Assembly: GCA_963666835.2 (NCBI GenBank)
Contig: CAXXGO010000001.1
Span: 1,184,001-1,248,000 of the forward strand
Length of the DNA stretch: 64,000 nt
Direction: 5' to 3'
DNA from: Phycisphaerae bacterium
Lineage (GTDB): Bacteria; Planctomycetota; Phycisphaerae; UBA1845
The notes under the pieces are model-generated. The model searched no databases and was not told where the DNA came from. It saw only the letters and a program-made list of their open reading frames with translations. Shown here in pieces: positions 49,173 to 58,240 of the stretch (positions within the stretch are counted from its first letter, which is position 1; each line of letters starts with the position of its first letter). The position numbers were made by a program, and so were the translations under genes.

Positions 49173-50579
49173 ATGGAATACCGAACCGAACACGATACTC
49201 TCGGTGAAGTTGCCGTGCCGCGCGAGGCGTACTACGGGGCGCAAACGCAGCGGGCGGTGCAGAACTTCCCGGTAAGCGGTTTGCGGCTTCCGGCCTCATT
49301 CGTGCGGGCGCAGGCGGTCATAAAGCGAGCCGCGGCCCTTGCCAACATGGCTTCGGGAGTTCTGGATCGCGAGATCGGCGAAGCCCTGGTCAGAGCGGCC
49401 GAGGAGGTGATGGAGGGTCGGTTTGGCGATCAGTTCGTCGTTGATGTGTTTCAGGCCGGTGCGGGCACCTCACAGAACATGAATGTTAATGAGGTTCTTG
49501 CCAACCGGGCAAACGAGCTCTTAGGCGGGGAGAAGGGCATGTATCACCGGGTACACCCTAACGACCACGCCAACATGGCTCAGTCTACGAATGACACCAT
49601 CCATGCGGCCATCCACATTGCCGCGGTGGGCGAGATCCGCGAGCGACTTCTGCCCACCGTGGGACGCCTTGCCGAGGCTTTGGAGTGTAAGGCGATCGAT
49701 TTCGACCACATTCTCAAAGCCGGACGGACCCATCTGCAGGACGCGGCTCCGGTTCGTCTCGGGCAGGAGTTTGGCGCGTATGCGCGCATGGTTCGGCTGG
49801 GGATAGGACGGATTGACGCGGCCTGTGTGGGTCTTCTGCCTTTGTGTATCGGTGGAACAGCGGTCGGGACGGGGCTCAACACGGATCGGGGTTATCGAAA
49901 GACGGCTGTCGGCCGGATAAACGAGGTGACCGGATACAAGTTCACCAGCGCCGGTAATCTCTTCGAAGCTATGCAGGGCATGGATGCGGTTGTGGAGGTG
50001 GCCGGCGCGCTCCGCGTGCTGGTGACCAGCCTGCGCAAGATCGCCGACGATTTGCGGCTTCTGGGTTCAGGACCGCGCACGGGTCTGGCGGAGATTCATC
50101 TGCCGGCGGTTCAGCCGGGTTCGTCGATCATGCCGGGTAAGGTGAACCCGGTGATGGCTGAGATGCTCGACATGGTCTGCCTGCACTGCCTGGGTTGCGA
50201 CAGCGCGATCGTTTCCGCGGCGCAAGCCGGCCAACTCGAGTTGAACGTCATGATGCCGGTGATTGCCTACAACCTGCTGCAGGAGATCGCGATTCTGACC
50301 GGGGGCGTTGAGGCGTTTTCAGAGCGGTGCATTAAGGGAATCGAAGCGAACGTAGAGGTTTGCCGGGCGAACGCGGAACGTAGCCCGGCGGTCGCTACGG
50401 CGCTGAATCCTGCGATCGGATACGAGCAGGCGGCCAAACTGGCGAACGAAGCCTTGGAGAAGGGGGTTTCGGTTCGAGACTTAGCACGTAAGAAGGGTCT
50501 TCTGGACGAAGGCACGTTGGATATGTTGCTGGATTTACGGAGAATGACCGAGGATCCCGCAGCCGGCGACCGGGAGTGA
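49173..50579 (+). CDS. Class II fumarate hydratase / aspartate ammonia-lyase family
   Basis: YYGAQTQRA..NF, GTSQNMNVNEV, HPNDH, GRTHLQDA, GSSIMPGKVNP; fumC versus aspA cannot be resolved by eye. Confidence 0.9.
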   Translation: MEYRTEHDTLGEVAVPREAYYGAQTQRAVQNFPVSGLRLPASFVRAQAVIKRAAALANMASGVLDREIGEALVRAAEEVMEGRFGDQFVVDVFQAGAGTSQNMNVNEVLANRANELLGGEKGMYHRVHPNDHANMAQSTNDTIHAAIHIAAVGEIRERLLPTVGRLAEALECKAIDFDHILKAGRTHLQDAAPVRLGQEFGAYARMVRLGIGRIDAACVGLLPLCIGGTAVGTGLNTDRGYRKTAVGRINEVTGYKFTSAGNLFEAMQGMDAVVEVAGALRVLVTSLRKIADDLRLLGSGPRTGLAEIHLPAVQPGSSIMPGKVNPVMAEMLDMVCLHCLGCDSAIVSAAQAGQLELNVMMPVIAYNLLQEIAILTGGVEAFSERCIKGIEANVEVCRANAERSPAVATALNPAIGYEQAAKLANEALEKGVSVRDLARKKGLLDEGTLDMLLDLRRMTEDPAAGDRE

Positions 50580-50678
50580 CCGATAGAGCTGAGGTACTGT
50601 CGCTGATGCGGTCAGTCCACCCAGATCCGCGGAACCAGGCTTAGGGACGTCATTTCATCACGTTAAAGGAGATCTCAC

Positions 50679-52202
50679 ATGAACGATCACGCAAAGAAGC
50701 TCACGACCGCCTCCGGCCAGCCGGTTGGAGACGACCAGAACACGCTAACCGCTGGTGCCCCGGGGCCCGCGCTCATGCAGGATGTACACCTGATGGAGAA
50801 GCTGGCCCATTTTAATCGCGAACGTATTCCGGAGCGGGTGGTTCACGCAAAAGGAGCGGGGGCGCATGGGTACTTCGAAGTTACAGGCGATGTGACGAAG
50901 TACACCAAGGCGGAGTTTCTGTCTAAAATCGGCAAGCGCACCGAAGTCTTCGCGCGGTTCTCGACCGTAGGAGGTGAGAAAGGCTCCGCCGACTCGGAAC
51001 GAGATCCTCGGGGGTTTGCGATAAAGTTTTATACTGAGGAAGGGAACTACGACATGACGGGGAACAACACGCCCGTCTTCTTCATCCGCGATCCAATGAA
51101 GTTCCCTGATTTTATTCACACTCAGAAGCGCGACCCGGCGACGAACGGAAAGAACGCGGATGCGTTTTGGGATTTCCTTTCGCTCACGCCCGAGTCGATC
51201 CACCAGGTTACGGTCCTCTTTTCGGATCGCGGTACTCCCAAGACGTACCGGCACATGAACGGCTACAGCAGCCACACGTTCAAGTGGTACAACGCCAACG
51301 GGGAGCACTACTGGGTGCAATATCATTTCAAGACGGAGCAGGGTATCCAGAACCTGACCCGGGAGGAGGCCACCCGGTTGGCGGGAGAGAACCCCGACCA
51401 CGCTACGTGTGATCTGCGCGACTCGATCGAGCGGGGCGAGCATCCGGCCTGGAGAGTCTGCGTGCAGATCATGACCCCGGAGCAAGCCAAGAGCTACCGT
51501 TTCGATCCGTTCGATATCACGAAGGTCTGGCCTCATAGTGATTTCCCTCTGATTGAGATCGGGCGTATGGTCCTCGATCGTAATCCGAAGAACTACTTCG
51601 CCGAGGTGGAGCAGGCGGCCTTCTCGCCGGGCAACTTCGTACCGGGCATCGCCGCTTCTCCGGACAAGATGCTCCAGGCGCGAATTCACTCTTATCACGA
51701 CGCCCACCTGTACCGCCTGGGTACGAATTACCAGCAGCTTCCGATAAACGCCCCGAAAGCCACCGCGGCGAACCACTATCAGCGGGACGGGTACATGCAA
51801 TACGGGGCTAACGGCGAGGGAGGTCCCAACTACTATCCGAACAGTTTCGGAGGTCCCGAGCCTGACCCGCAGGCGGCGGAACCACCGTTTGAGGTTTCGG
51901 GGATGGTCGCGCGGCAGCCCCACACTCACCCCAACGATGATTTCGTCCAGGCCGGGGATTTGTACCGCAAGGTAATGACCGACGAGGACCGCGATCATCT
52001 GATCGGCAACATCGTAGCTCACCTGGGCAAAGCCCAAAGGCGTATCCAGATGCGCCAGGTGGCGATCTTCCACAAGGCCGATCCCGACTACGGCGCGCGG
52101 GTGGCTACCGGCCTCGGGTTGGATCGCAAAGTCATGGAGCGGATGGCAGTCATGCCCCAGGAAGAGCGGGTCAAGGCCACTATGGAAGGAATCTACACCT
52201 GA
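50679..52202 (+). CDS. katA: Monofunctional heme catalase (small subunit)
   Basis: [43 protein letters not shown]. Confidence 0.97.
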   Translation: MNDHAKKLTTASGQPVGDDQNTLTAGAPGPALMQDVHLMEKLAHFNRERIPERVVHAKGAGAHGYFEVTGDVTKYTKAEFLSKIGKRTEVFARFSTVGGEKGSADSERDPRGFAIKFYTEEGNYDMTGNNTPVFFIRDPMKFPDFIHTQKRDPATNGKNADAFWDFLSLTPESIHQVTVLFSDRGTPKTYRHMNGYSSHTFKWYNANGEHYWVQYHFKTEQGIQNLTREEATRLAGENPDHATCDLRDSIERGEHPAWRVCVQIMTPEQAKSYRFDPFDITKVWPHSDFPLIEIGRMVLDRNPKNYFAEVEQAAFSPGNFVPGIAASPDKMLQARIHSYHDAHLYRLGTNYQQLPINAPKATAANHYQRDGYMQYGANGEGGPNYYPNSFGGPEPDPQAAEPPFEVSGMVARQPHTHPNDDFVQAGDLYRKVMTDEDRDHLIGNIVAHLGKAQRRIQMRQVAIFHKADPDYGARVATGLGLDRKVMERMAVMPQEERVKATMEGIYT

Positions 52203-52265
52203 TCGTACGCGGCGCTACATTAGACGGGAGCGTAGCGATTTTTTGCGACACAAAGGAGTCTCGCC

Positions 52266-53966
52266 ATGTTGACAAAAGCGATACACGTACTGATTCTGGG
52301 TTTGCTCTTATGCTGGGGTTCGGGATGCGTGCCGGTGGGTGGCGGAGATGCGCCCAACGCTAATGCCAATGACAATGCTAATGGCAATGACGATGACAAC
52401 GACAATGTAAGCGGGCCGGCCCCTACGCTGTTTACCCTCTCCACGATGTGTACCGCGTGTCACAACGGACTTGTTGACGAGGCGGATAACGATGTGTCGA
52501 TCGGCATAGCGTGGCAGCCGACGATGATGGCTAACGCGGCGCGCGATCCGTACTACCTGGCCAAGGTGAGCATGGAAGTGGCAAGGGCTCCCGACTTAGC
52601 TGAGGTTGTCGAGGATACGTGCGCTACGTGCCATATGCCTATGGCCCGCACGCAGGCGGCGGCGGACAGCTCCTCCACTGCGATACTGGGTGAGGGCTTT
52701 CTTGACTCGGAGAACGACCTGCACGCCGAGGCGATGGACGGGATCTCATGTGCATTCTGCCATCAGATCGAGGACATCGGACTCGGCGAGCAGGCCAGCT
52801 TCTCCGGCAAGTTCAGTATCGACCTGACCGCGGAGTCGCCCGATCGGGTCAACTACGGTCCGTTCGAGGATCCGGATGTGGATACCATGCGGTCGACGTC
52901 GGGTTTCACGCCGGTCTACGGGGAACACGTGACCGAGGCGGCGTTGTGCGCCACGTGCCACACGCTGTTCACACCGTACGTTGATGCCGAGGGCACGATT
53001 CTGGGCGAGTTTCCGGAACAGACTGCGTTCCTCGAATGGCAGCACAGCGATTTCGGTGACGGTGAGGGCACGGATCAAACCTGCCAGAGCTGCCACATGC
53101 CCGATGCCCAGGGGGCGGCCGTTGTCTCCGTGGTCCCGAGCGGGCTTGAAGCGCGGAGCCCGTTTGCCCGGCATCACTTCGTAGGCGGTAACACGCTGAT
53201 GCTCGGTATCCTGGACGACCACCAAGCTGAGTTGGAGGTGGTCGCCAATTCAGCCGGTTTTGAAACGGTGATTGGTCGGGCGCTGGAGCAACTGCAAGGT
53301 GCTGCCGGCGCAATCGACATTGTCACTGCCGAAGCCGAAGGTGATGCGTTGACAGTGGACGTGAAGATCGAGAACCAGGCCGGACACAAGTTCCCTACCG
53401 GGTTTCCGGCCCGCCGCTTATGGGTTCACCTGACCGTGTCGGATGCAGAAGGAGCGGTGGTCTTTGAATCCGGAGCAGCAGAGGCTGACGGGAGCATCAT
53501 GGGGAACGCCGCGGACGACGATCCGTCCACGTTTGAGCCCCACTATACAGCGATTACCAATGAAGACGAGGTCCAGATCTATGAATCGGTGATGGAGAAC
53601 AGCGACGGCGCGATAACGTATACACTGTTGCGGGCCGCGGCGTACGCCAAGGACAACCGCCTATTGCCGGTCGGGTTCGACAAAGAGACCGCCGGGGCTG
53701 ATTTTGCCACGGCGGGCGAAGCTGTTGAGGACGCCGATTTCACCGGTGGCTCGGACAGCGTGACCTATACGATGGATATTGCCGGTGAGGAAGGGCCGTT
53801 CGTGGTTACCGCAGAGCTTCTCTATCAAAGCGTGGCGTTTCCGTTTGTCGAAGACCTGCGCGAAGAAAGCACCGAGTTGGCGGAGCGTTTCGTGGGTTAT
53901 TTCGATGATGCGGACAAGACCCCAACGTTGATAGCCACGGCGGAGGTCACGGTGCAGGCGGGTTAG
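52266..53966 (+). CDS. Exported (possible lipoprotein) pentaheme c-type cytochrome
   Basis: Signal peptide ending WGSGC, Asn/Asp linker, five CxxCH (CTACH, CATCH, CAFCH, CATCH, CQSCH), C-terminal AGHKFPTG domain. Confidence 0.85.
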   Translation: MLTKAIHVLILGLLLCWGSGCVPVGGGDAPNANANDNANGNDDDNDNVSGPAPTLFTLSTMCTACHNGLVDEADNDVSIGIAWQPTMMANAARDPYYLAKVSMEVARAPDLAEVVEDTCATCHMPMARTQAAADSSSTAILGEGFLDSENDLHAEAMDGISCAFCHQIEDIGLGEQASFSGKFSIDLTAESPDRVNYGPFEDPDVDTMRSTSGFTPVYGEHVTEAALCATCHTLFTPYVDAEGTILGEFPEQTAFLEWQHSDFGDGEGTDQTCQSCHMPDAQGAAVVSVVPSGLEARSPFARHHFVGGNTLMLGILDDHQAELEVVANSAGFETVIGRALEQLQGAAGAIDIVTAEAEGDALTVDVKIENQAGHKFPTGFPARRLWVHLTVSDAEGAVVFESGAAEADGSIMGNAADDDPSTFEPHYTAITNEDEVQIYESVMENSDGAITYTLLRAAAYAKDNRLLPVGFDKETAGADFATAGEAVEDADFTGGSDSVTYTMDIAGEEGPFVVTAELLYQSVAFPFVEDLREESTELAERFVGYFDDADKTPTLIATAEVTVQAG

Positions 53967-54091
53967 GGCCGACACAGTCACAACTTGGATAAGTGAAAGG
54001 CGCATGACGCCGAGGTGATGTGGAGTCGCCGCGGCGATGCGGGCGGTCGGTGGTAATGCCGGCCGGGTAGGAACTGAAGGGGAGTACGGCG

Positions 54092-55036
54092 ATGGCCTGG
54101 GAGTACAGCGAGAAAACCAAGCAGCTCTTCATGGACGCGGTGCACGGCAAACCGGGGACCCACCTTGGTGAGATCGAGAATCCGGACGGGCTCGGGGAGC
54201 ACGGTTCGATCGCGTGCGGCGACGCTTTGCGGTTCACCTTTCGAACCGAACGGCACGCCACTGACCCCACGAAGGATGTTATTGTAGAGGCCAAGTACCT
54301 GACGTTTGGCTGTACCTCGGCCATCGCCGCTTCCGAAGCACTTTGCACACTGATAGAACAAGGACGGCATACGCCTATTGAGGCTCTGAAGATCCAGAAC
54401 AAGGACATCGTGGAGTTCCTCGAGGGTTTGCCGGATCAGAAGATCCACTGCTCCGTCATGGGGGCTGAGGCGCTGGAGGCCGCGGTGTTCGACTGGGCTC
54501 GAAAACGCGGCGTGAGCCTGGATAGCCTGGGTATCGATACGCACGCCGACGAGCAGGAGGAAGGGCGGATAGTCTGCAGTTGCTTCTCCCTGAGCGAGCC
54601 TTATTTGCGGCGCAAGATCAAGGAACTGAACCTGAGGACGATTCCCGAGATTACCGGAGCCATCAAGGCGGGAGGGGCGTGCATGTCCTGCCACCACGTT
54701 CCGGGCGGCCTGCGGGATCTCCTTGCGGAGGTCTGGGGCGAGGATGGAGCGCTACGGGAATCGCCGGTCTCGGAAACCGGGCACGATCAAGCACCTGCGC
54801 CGTCTTCCTACGAGTTCATAAAGAGAATCGAGAAGGCGGTGGATGAGTACATCCGTCCGATGCTGCAGAAAGACGGCGGCGACCTGGAGATAATCGATAT
54901 CAAGGGCCCACTCGTTTACTGTAGCCTCCGAGGCGCGTGTGCCGGGTGCGCCGGGGCAAGTCAGACCCTGAAGATGATGGTGGAGAAGACCTTGAAGAAC
55001 GTGGTCGACGAGCGCATACGGATTATCGAGGCCTGA
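54092..55036 (+). CDS. nifU: Three-domain Fe-S scaffold NifU
   Basis: IscU-like domain (GSIACGD, TFGCTSAIA, KIHCSVM), BFD-like CSC...GGACMSC, Nfu domain DGGD...GACAGC. Confidence 0.93.
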   Translation: MAWEYSEKTKQLFMDAVHGKPGTHLGEIENPDGLGEHGSIACGDALRFTFRTERHATDPTKDVIVEAKYLTFGCTSAIAASEALCTLIEQGRHTPIEALKIQNKDIVEFLEGLPDQKIHCSVMGAEALEAAVFDWARKRGVSLDSLGIDTHADEQEEGRIVCSCFSLSEPYLRRKIKELNLRTIPEITGAIKAGGACMSCHHVPGGLRDLLAEVWGEDGALRESPVSETGHDQAPAPSSYEFIKRIEKAVDEYIRPMLQKDGGDLEIIDIKGPLVYCSLRGACAGCAGASQTLKMMVEKTLKNVVDERIRIIEA

Positions 55037-55050
55037 GTGAGGGGGGGGCG

Positions 55051-56280
55051 ATGAGGATCATATATACCGACAACAACGCCACGACGAAGGTCGCGCCCGA
55101 AGTGTACGAGGCCATGGTCCCTTTTCTTACCGACGATTACTTCAACCCCAGCTCGATGTACGACGCCGCGCGCGGCGCCGCCGATGCAATAAGCCGCGCG
55201 CGAGCTGAGATTGCCGGATATCTTGGGGCGGGTGACCCAAAGCAGATCCTGTTTACGTCGTGTGCCACTGAGAGCAACAATACGGCAATCATGGGCGCCG
55301 CCAGGGCCAACCCCAGCCGTCGGCACATCATTACGACCGCCGTGGAGCACCCGGCCGTGTTAGAGGTCTGCAAGGACCTCGAACGCAGTGGCTATCGAGT
55401 CTCGTATCTTCCGGTGGACGGTGACGGGAATCTGGATACCGGTGAGTTCGTGCGGGCGCTAAGTTCCGATACGCTCATGGTGACTGTCATGCACGCCAAT
55501 AACGAAACGGGCGTGATCTTCCCCGTCGAGAAACTCGCGCGGCTGACCAAGGAAACCGATCCGGCGATCGTCTTTCACACCGACGCTACGCAGTCGGTGG
55601 GGAAACTAGCGATCGATCTTGAGGGCAACTACCGCCAGGTGGACCTTCTGTCGTTCTCCGGCCACAAGCTTCATGCTCCCAAGGGGATCGGGGCCCTTTT
55701 TGTCAGGCGCGGGACGCCGTGCCGGCCTTTCTTGATAGGCGGTCATCAAGAAGGAGGGCGTCGGGCGGGGACGGAGAACGTTGCTTACATCGTCGGGTTG
55801 GCTCGAGCCCTGGCGCTTGCCGAGAAAGAACACGACGGGGAAGAGGCGCGGATTTGCAAGCTTAGAGATCGTTTGGAGGCGGCGCTTGAGGAGTCCATCC
55901 CCTTTGTGCAGGTTAATGCCAAGAACGCCCCACGTTTGCCCAACACGTTGAACATCTCGTGCCACTATATAGAGGGCGAGGGCATGCTCTATCAGTTGAG
56001 CGCCCACGGAATCTGCGCGTCGAGCGGTTCGGCCTGCACGTCCGGATCGCTCGAGCCTTCGCATGTTCTAAGAGCGCTCAAGGTTCCGTTTACCGCGGTA
56101 CACGGATCGGTGCGTTTCAGCCTGAGCCGCTATAACACCGACCAGGATGTGGACCGGATTATCGAGGTCTTTCCGGGAATCGTAGCCAACCTCCGCCGCC
56201 TCTCGCCGTATTGGGACGAGAAGGCCAACGCCCCGCGCGCCGACGCCGAGAGTATGTTCCAACACGCCCCGACAACCTGA
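55051..56280 (+). CDS. nifS: Cysteine desulfurase NifS
   Basis: YTDNNATT, NPSS, EHPAV, ANNETG, SGHKLHAPKG, SSGSACTSGSLEPSHV. Confidence 0.95.
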   Translation: MRIIYTDNNATTKVAPEVYEAMVPFLTDDYFNPSSMYDAARGAADAISRARAEIAGYLGAGDPKQILFTSCATESNNTAIMGAARANPSRRHIITTAVEHPAVLEVCKDLERSGYRVSYLPVDGDGNLDTGEFVRALSSDTLMVTVMHANNETGVIFPVEKLARLTKETDPAIVFHTDATQSVGKLAIDLEGNYRQVDLLSFSGHKLHAPKGIGALFVRRGTPCRPFLIGGHQEGGRRAGTENVAYIVGLARALALAEKEHDGEEARICKLRDRLEAALEESIPFVQVNAKNAPRLPNTLNISCHYIEGEGMLYQLSAHGICASSGSACTSGSLEPSHVLRALKVPFTAVHGSVRFSLSRYNTDQDVDRIIEVFPGIVANLRRLSPYWDEKANAPRADAESMFQHAPTT

Positions 56281-56293
56281 ACATTCTATACGG

Positions 56294-56785
56294 TCAGGAG
56301 TTGGTCCCCGTTCGAGCCGGCTTGGCGGACCCGGATGATCTCGCATCTCGGCACGCCCGGCATATTCCGCGGAAGTAGATGTGCGGTTCGGTGATCTGGA
56401 AACCGCGGTACCTGATCTCCGGGAGCTTGATGCGGTCCAACCGTTCATCCGTCAGATCCACCACCTTGTCACAGTGAATGCACGCCAGGTGATGGTGGGG
56501 GTGTACTCCGGCATCGAACCGCGCCGCCGCGCCGGGCTGGTGTATCTTTGTTACCAGTCCGAGTTGAACAAGCACATTCAGAACCCGGTACACGGTCGTG
56601 CGCGATACCCCAGGTATTCTGGCGCTTACGTCCTCGAACAGGCGGTCGGCTGTGGGGTGATCGTCCCGGCCGAGGATCTCCTCGTACACTGCCCTCCGCT
56701 GTACGGTTACCGGGAGCCCTTGTTGGCGGCAGGCGTTCTTGAACTCTTCCAGCCGCTTGTGTACGTCTTTCGAACTCAGCTTCAT
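56294..56785 (-). CDS. Second Fur family regulator, PerR-like
   Basis: TVQRRAV, DHPTAD, SRTTVYRVL, ARFD, HHHLACIHC, GICRAC; start reassigned to ATG 56785 from the promoter position. Confidence 0.88.
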   Translation of the reverse strand: MKLSSKDVHKRLEEFKNACRQQGLPVTVQRRAVYEEILGRDDHPTADRLFEDVSARIPGVSRTTVYRVLNVLVQLGLVTKIHQPGAAARFDAGVHPHHHLACIHCDKVVDLTDERLDRIKLPEIRYRGFQITEPHIYFRGICRACRDARSSGSAKPARTGTNS

Positions 56786-56824
56786 GATAGAAGACATTGT
56801 ATTGTAGTTGCTATCATGTGTCAA
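56783..56824 (-). promoter_or_regulatory. Near-consensus sigma70 promoter of the second Fur/PerR gene with an inverted repeat
   Basis: Minus strand TTGACA (56824-56819), 17 bp, TACAAT (56801-56796), ATG 10 nt later; CATGATAG-N20-CTATCATG dyad. Confidence 0.75.
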
Positions 56825-56997
56825 ATGGTGGTTTTTCGATTCGCCGGCCCGGTCTGTTGGCATAGAATGATGAGGACTTTCGTCGGTGGGACCGCTTGTT
56901 GTTCCCCGTGATACTCGGCCGTTGCGGGCCCACGCCGAGAGGGTTGGAAGGTAGTGTCCGGCGGCAACCGCGACGTTGCTGCCGGTTCGGTGTCGGG

Positions 56998-58068
56998 TCA
57001 ATTCGGCGGGAGCGGGCACGAGCCGCCGTGTTTCGCATGATAATCCTGGTGGTACTCTTCCGCTTCGTGGAAGCGCCCGGCGGGTTCCAGCACCGTCACT
57101 ATCTTGCGGGCGCGGAACTTCTCGGTGTTCTGGAGTTGGGCGACGTAATCCCGGGCCTGCTTTAACTGGTTCTCGCCGGCGGCGAAGATCGCCGAGCGAT
57201 ACTGAGAGCCGATGTCAGGACCCTGGCGGTCCAGTTGGGTCGGGTCGTGGATCTTGAAGAACAGCTCCAGCAACCGCTGATAGGAGACTCGGCTGGAATC
57301 GTATGTCACGCGAACGGTTTCGGCGTGCCCGGTCTCTCCCGAACAGACCTGTTTGTACGTCGGGCTGTCCGTACTTCCACCCATGTATCCCGAGACCGCA
57401 TTGATAACGCCGGGCAATTGCTGTAAACGGTCTTCGACGCCCCAGAAACAACCACCGGCGAAATAGGCGGTTTCCATGGGGACCGGACGTGATTCGGCGG
57501 GAAGATCCGCACCTTCGGCGTAGAACCTCAGCGATGCCGAGTTCAGACAATAGCGAAGACCGGTCGGCGGGGGGCCGTCCTTAAACACGTGACCAAGGTG
57601 TGAGCGGCACCGCGCGCACTGGCTCTCGGTGCGGACCATCCCGTGGCTAAGATCTTGCTCGGCGCGAAGGTGTTCCGGGTCAATCGGCTGGAAGAAGCTC
57701 GGCCAGCCGGTGCCCGATGTGAACTTCGAGTCCGAGCTGAACAAGGGCAGGCCGCAAACCCGACACGTGTAGATGCCTTTTTCCTTGTTATCCAGCAAGG
57801 TGCCGCAAAACGAGCGTTCGGTGCCCTTTCCCAGCAGAATGCGACGCTCCTCCGGAGTTAGCCCTTCTGCCAGCTCTTCGATTCGTTCCCGCGTTAACAG
57901 GGTTATATCGTAGCCGCTCTTCGAGTAAGCGTTACGTTGGTCCGGCTTGTCCTCCGGCTTGCCCGGTATGCCCGGCGGTTGAGCTCGGGTAGCGGCCATG
58001 CGGAGCACCATCAGGCCGCAAGCCACGATCAACAGAACACCCAGTGACGGCGCCTCGATGCCTTTCAT
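56998..58068 (-). CDS. msrAB: Bifunctional methionine sulfoxide reductase MsrB-MsrA with N-terminal signal/anchor
   Basis: Hydrophobic N-terminus; MsrB KGTER, CRVC, GTGWPSF, HLGHVF, RYCLNS; MsrA AGGCFWG, TGHAE, AEEYHQDY. Confidence 0.93.
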   Translation of the reverse strand: MKGIEAPSLGVLLIVACGLMVLRMAATRAQPPGIPGKPEDKPDQRNAYSKSGYDITLLTRERIEELAEGLTPEERRILLGKGTERSFCGTLLDNKEKGIYTCRVCGLPLFSSDSKFTSGTGWPSFFQPIDPEHLRAEQDLSHGMVRTESQCARCRSHLGHVFKDGPPPTGLRYCLNSASLRFYAEGADLPAESRPVPMETAYFAGGCFWGVEDRLQQLPGVINAVSGYMGGSTDSPTYKQVCSGETGHAETVRVTYDSSRVSYQRLLELFFKIHDPTQLDRQGPDIGSQYRSAIFAAGENQLKQARDYVAQLQNTEKFRARKIVTVLEPAGRFHEAEEYHQDYHAKHGGSCPLPPN

Positions 58069-58240
58069 GGTGATGTCTCCGATCATTCCGCCCACTCCAT
58101 GCAGGTGGGTTACACAGCCTCGTTGGTTGCCCGACTTCGGGCCTCTGGGTAATCTGTCACCGGAGCCATGACGTGCGCCGGTACTGGTGACGTAAGCTAA
58201 CCGATGACCATGCCCGATGCCAGTTTGTTGAGGTAATTCG

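Noticed and set aside
54680..54696. CMSCH in NifU as a heme-c site
   Set aside because: It is part of the cytoplasmic BFD-like [2Fe-2S] motif and the protein has no export signal.
55041..55048. G8 run before nifS and T8 run at 32666-32673 as phase-variation tracts
   Set aside because: The runs are short and lie in SD or UP-element positions, with no evidence of length variation.
54092..56280. nifUS as evidence of nitrogen fixation
   Set aside because: There is no nifHDK in the window, and NIF-type Fe-S assembly is common in non-diazotrophic anaerobes.
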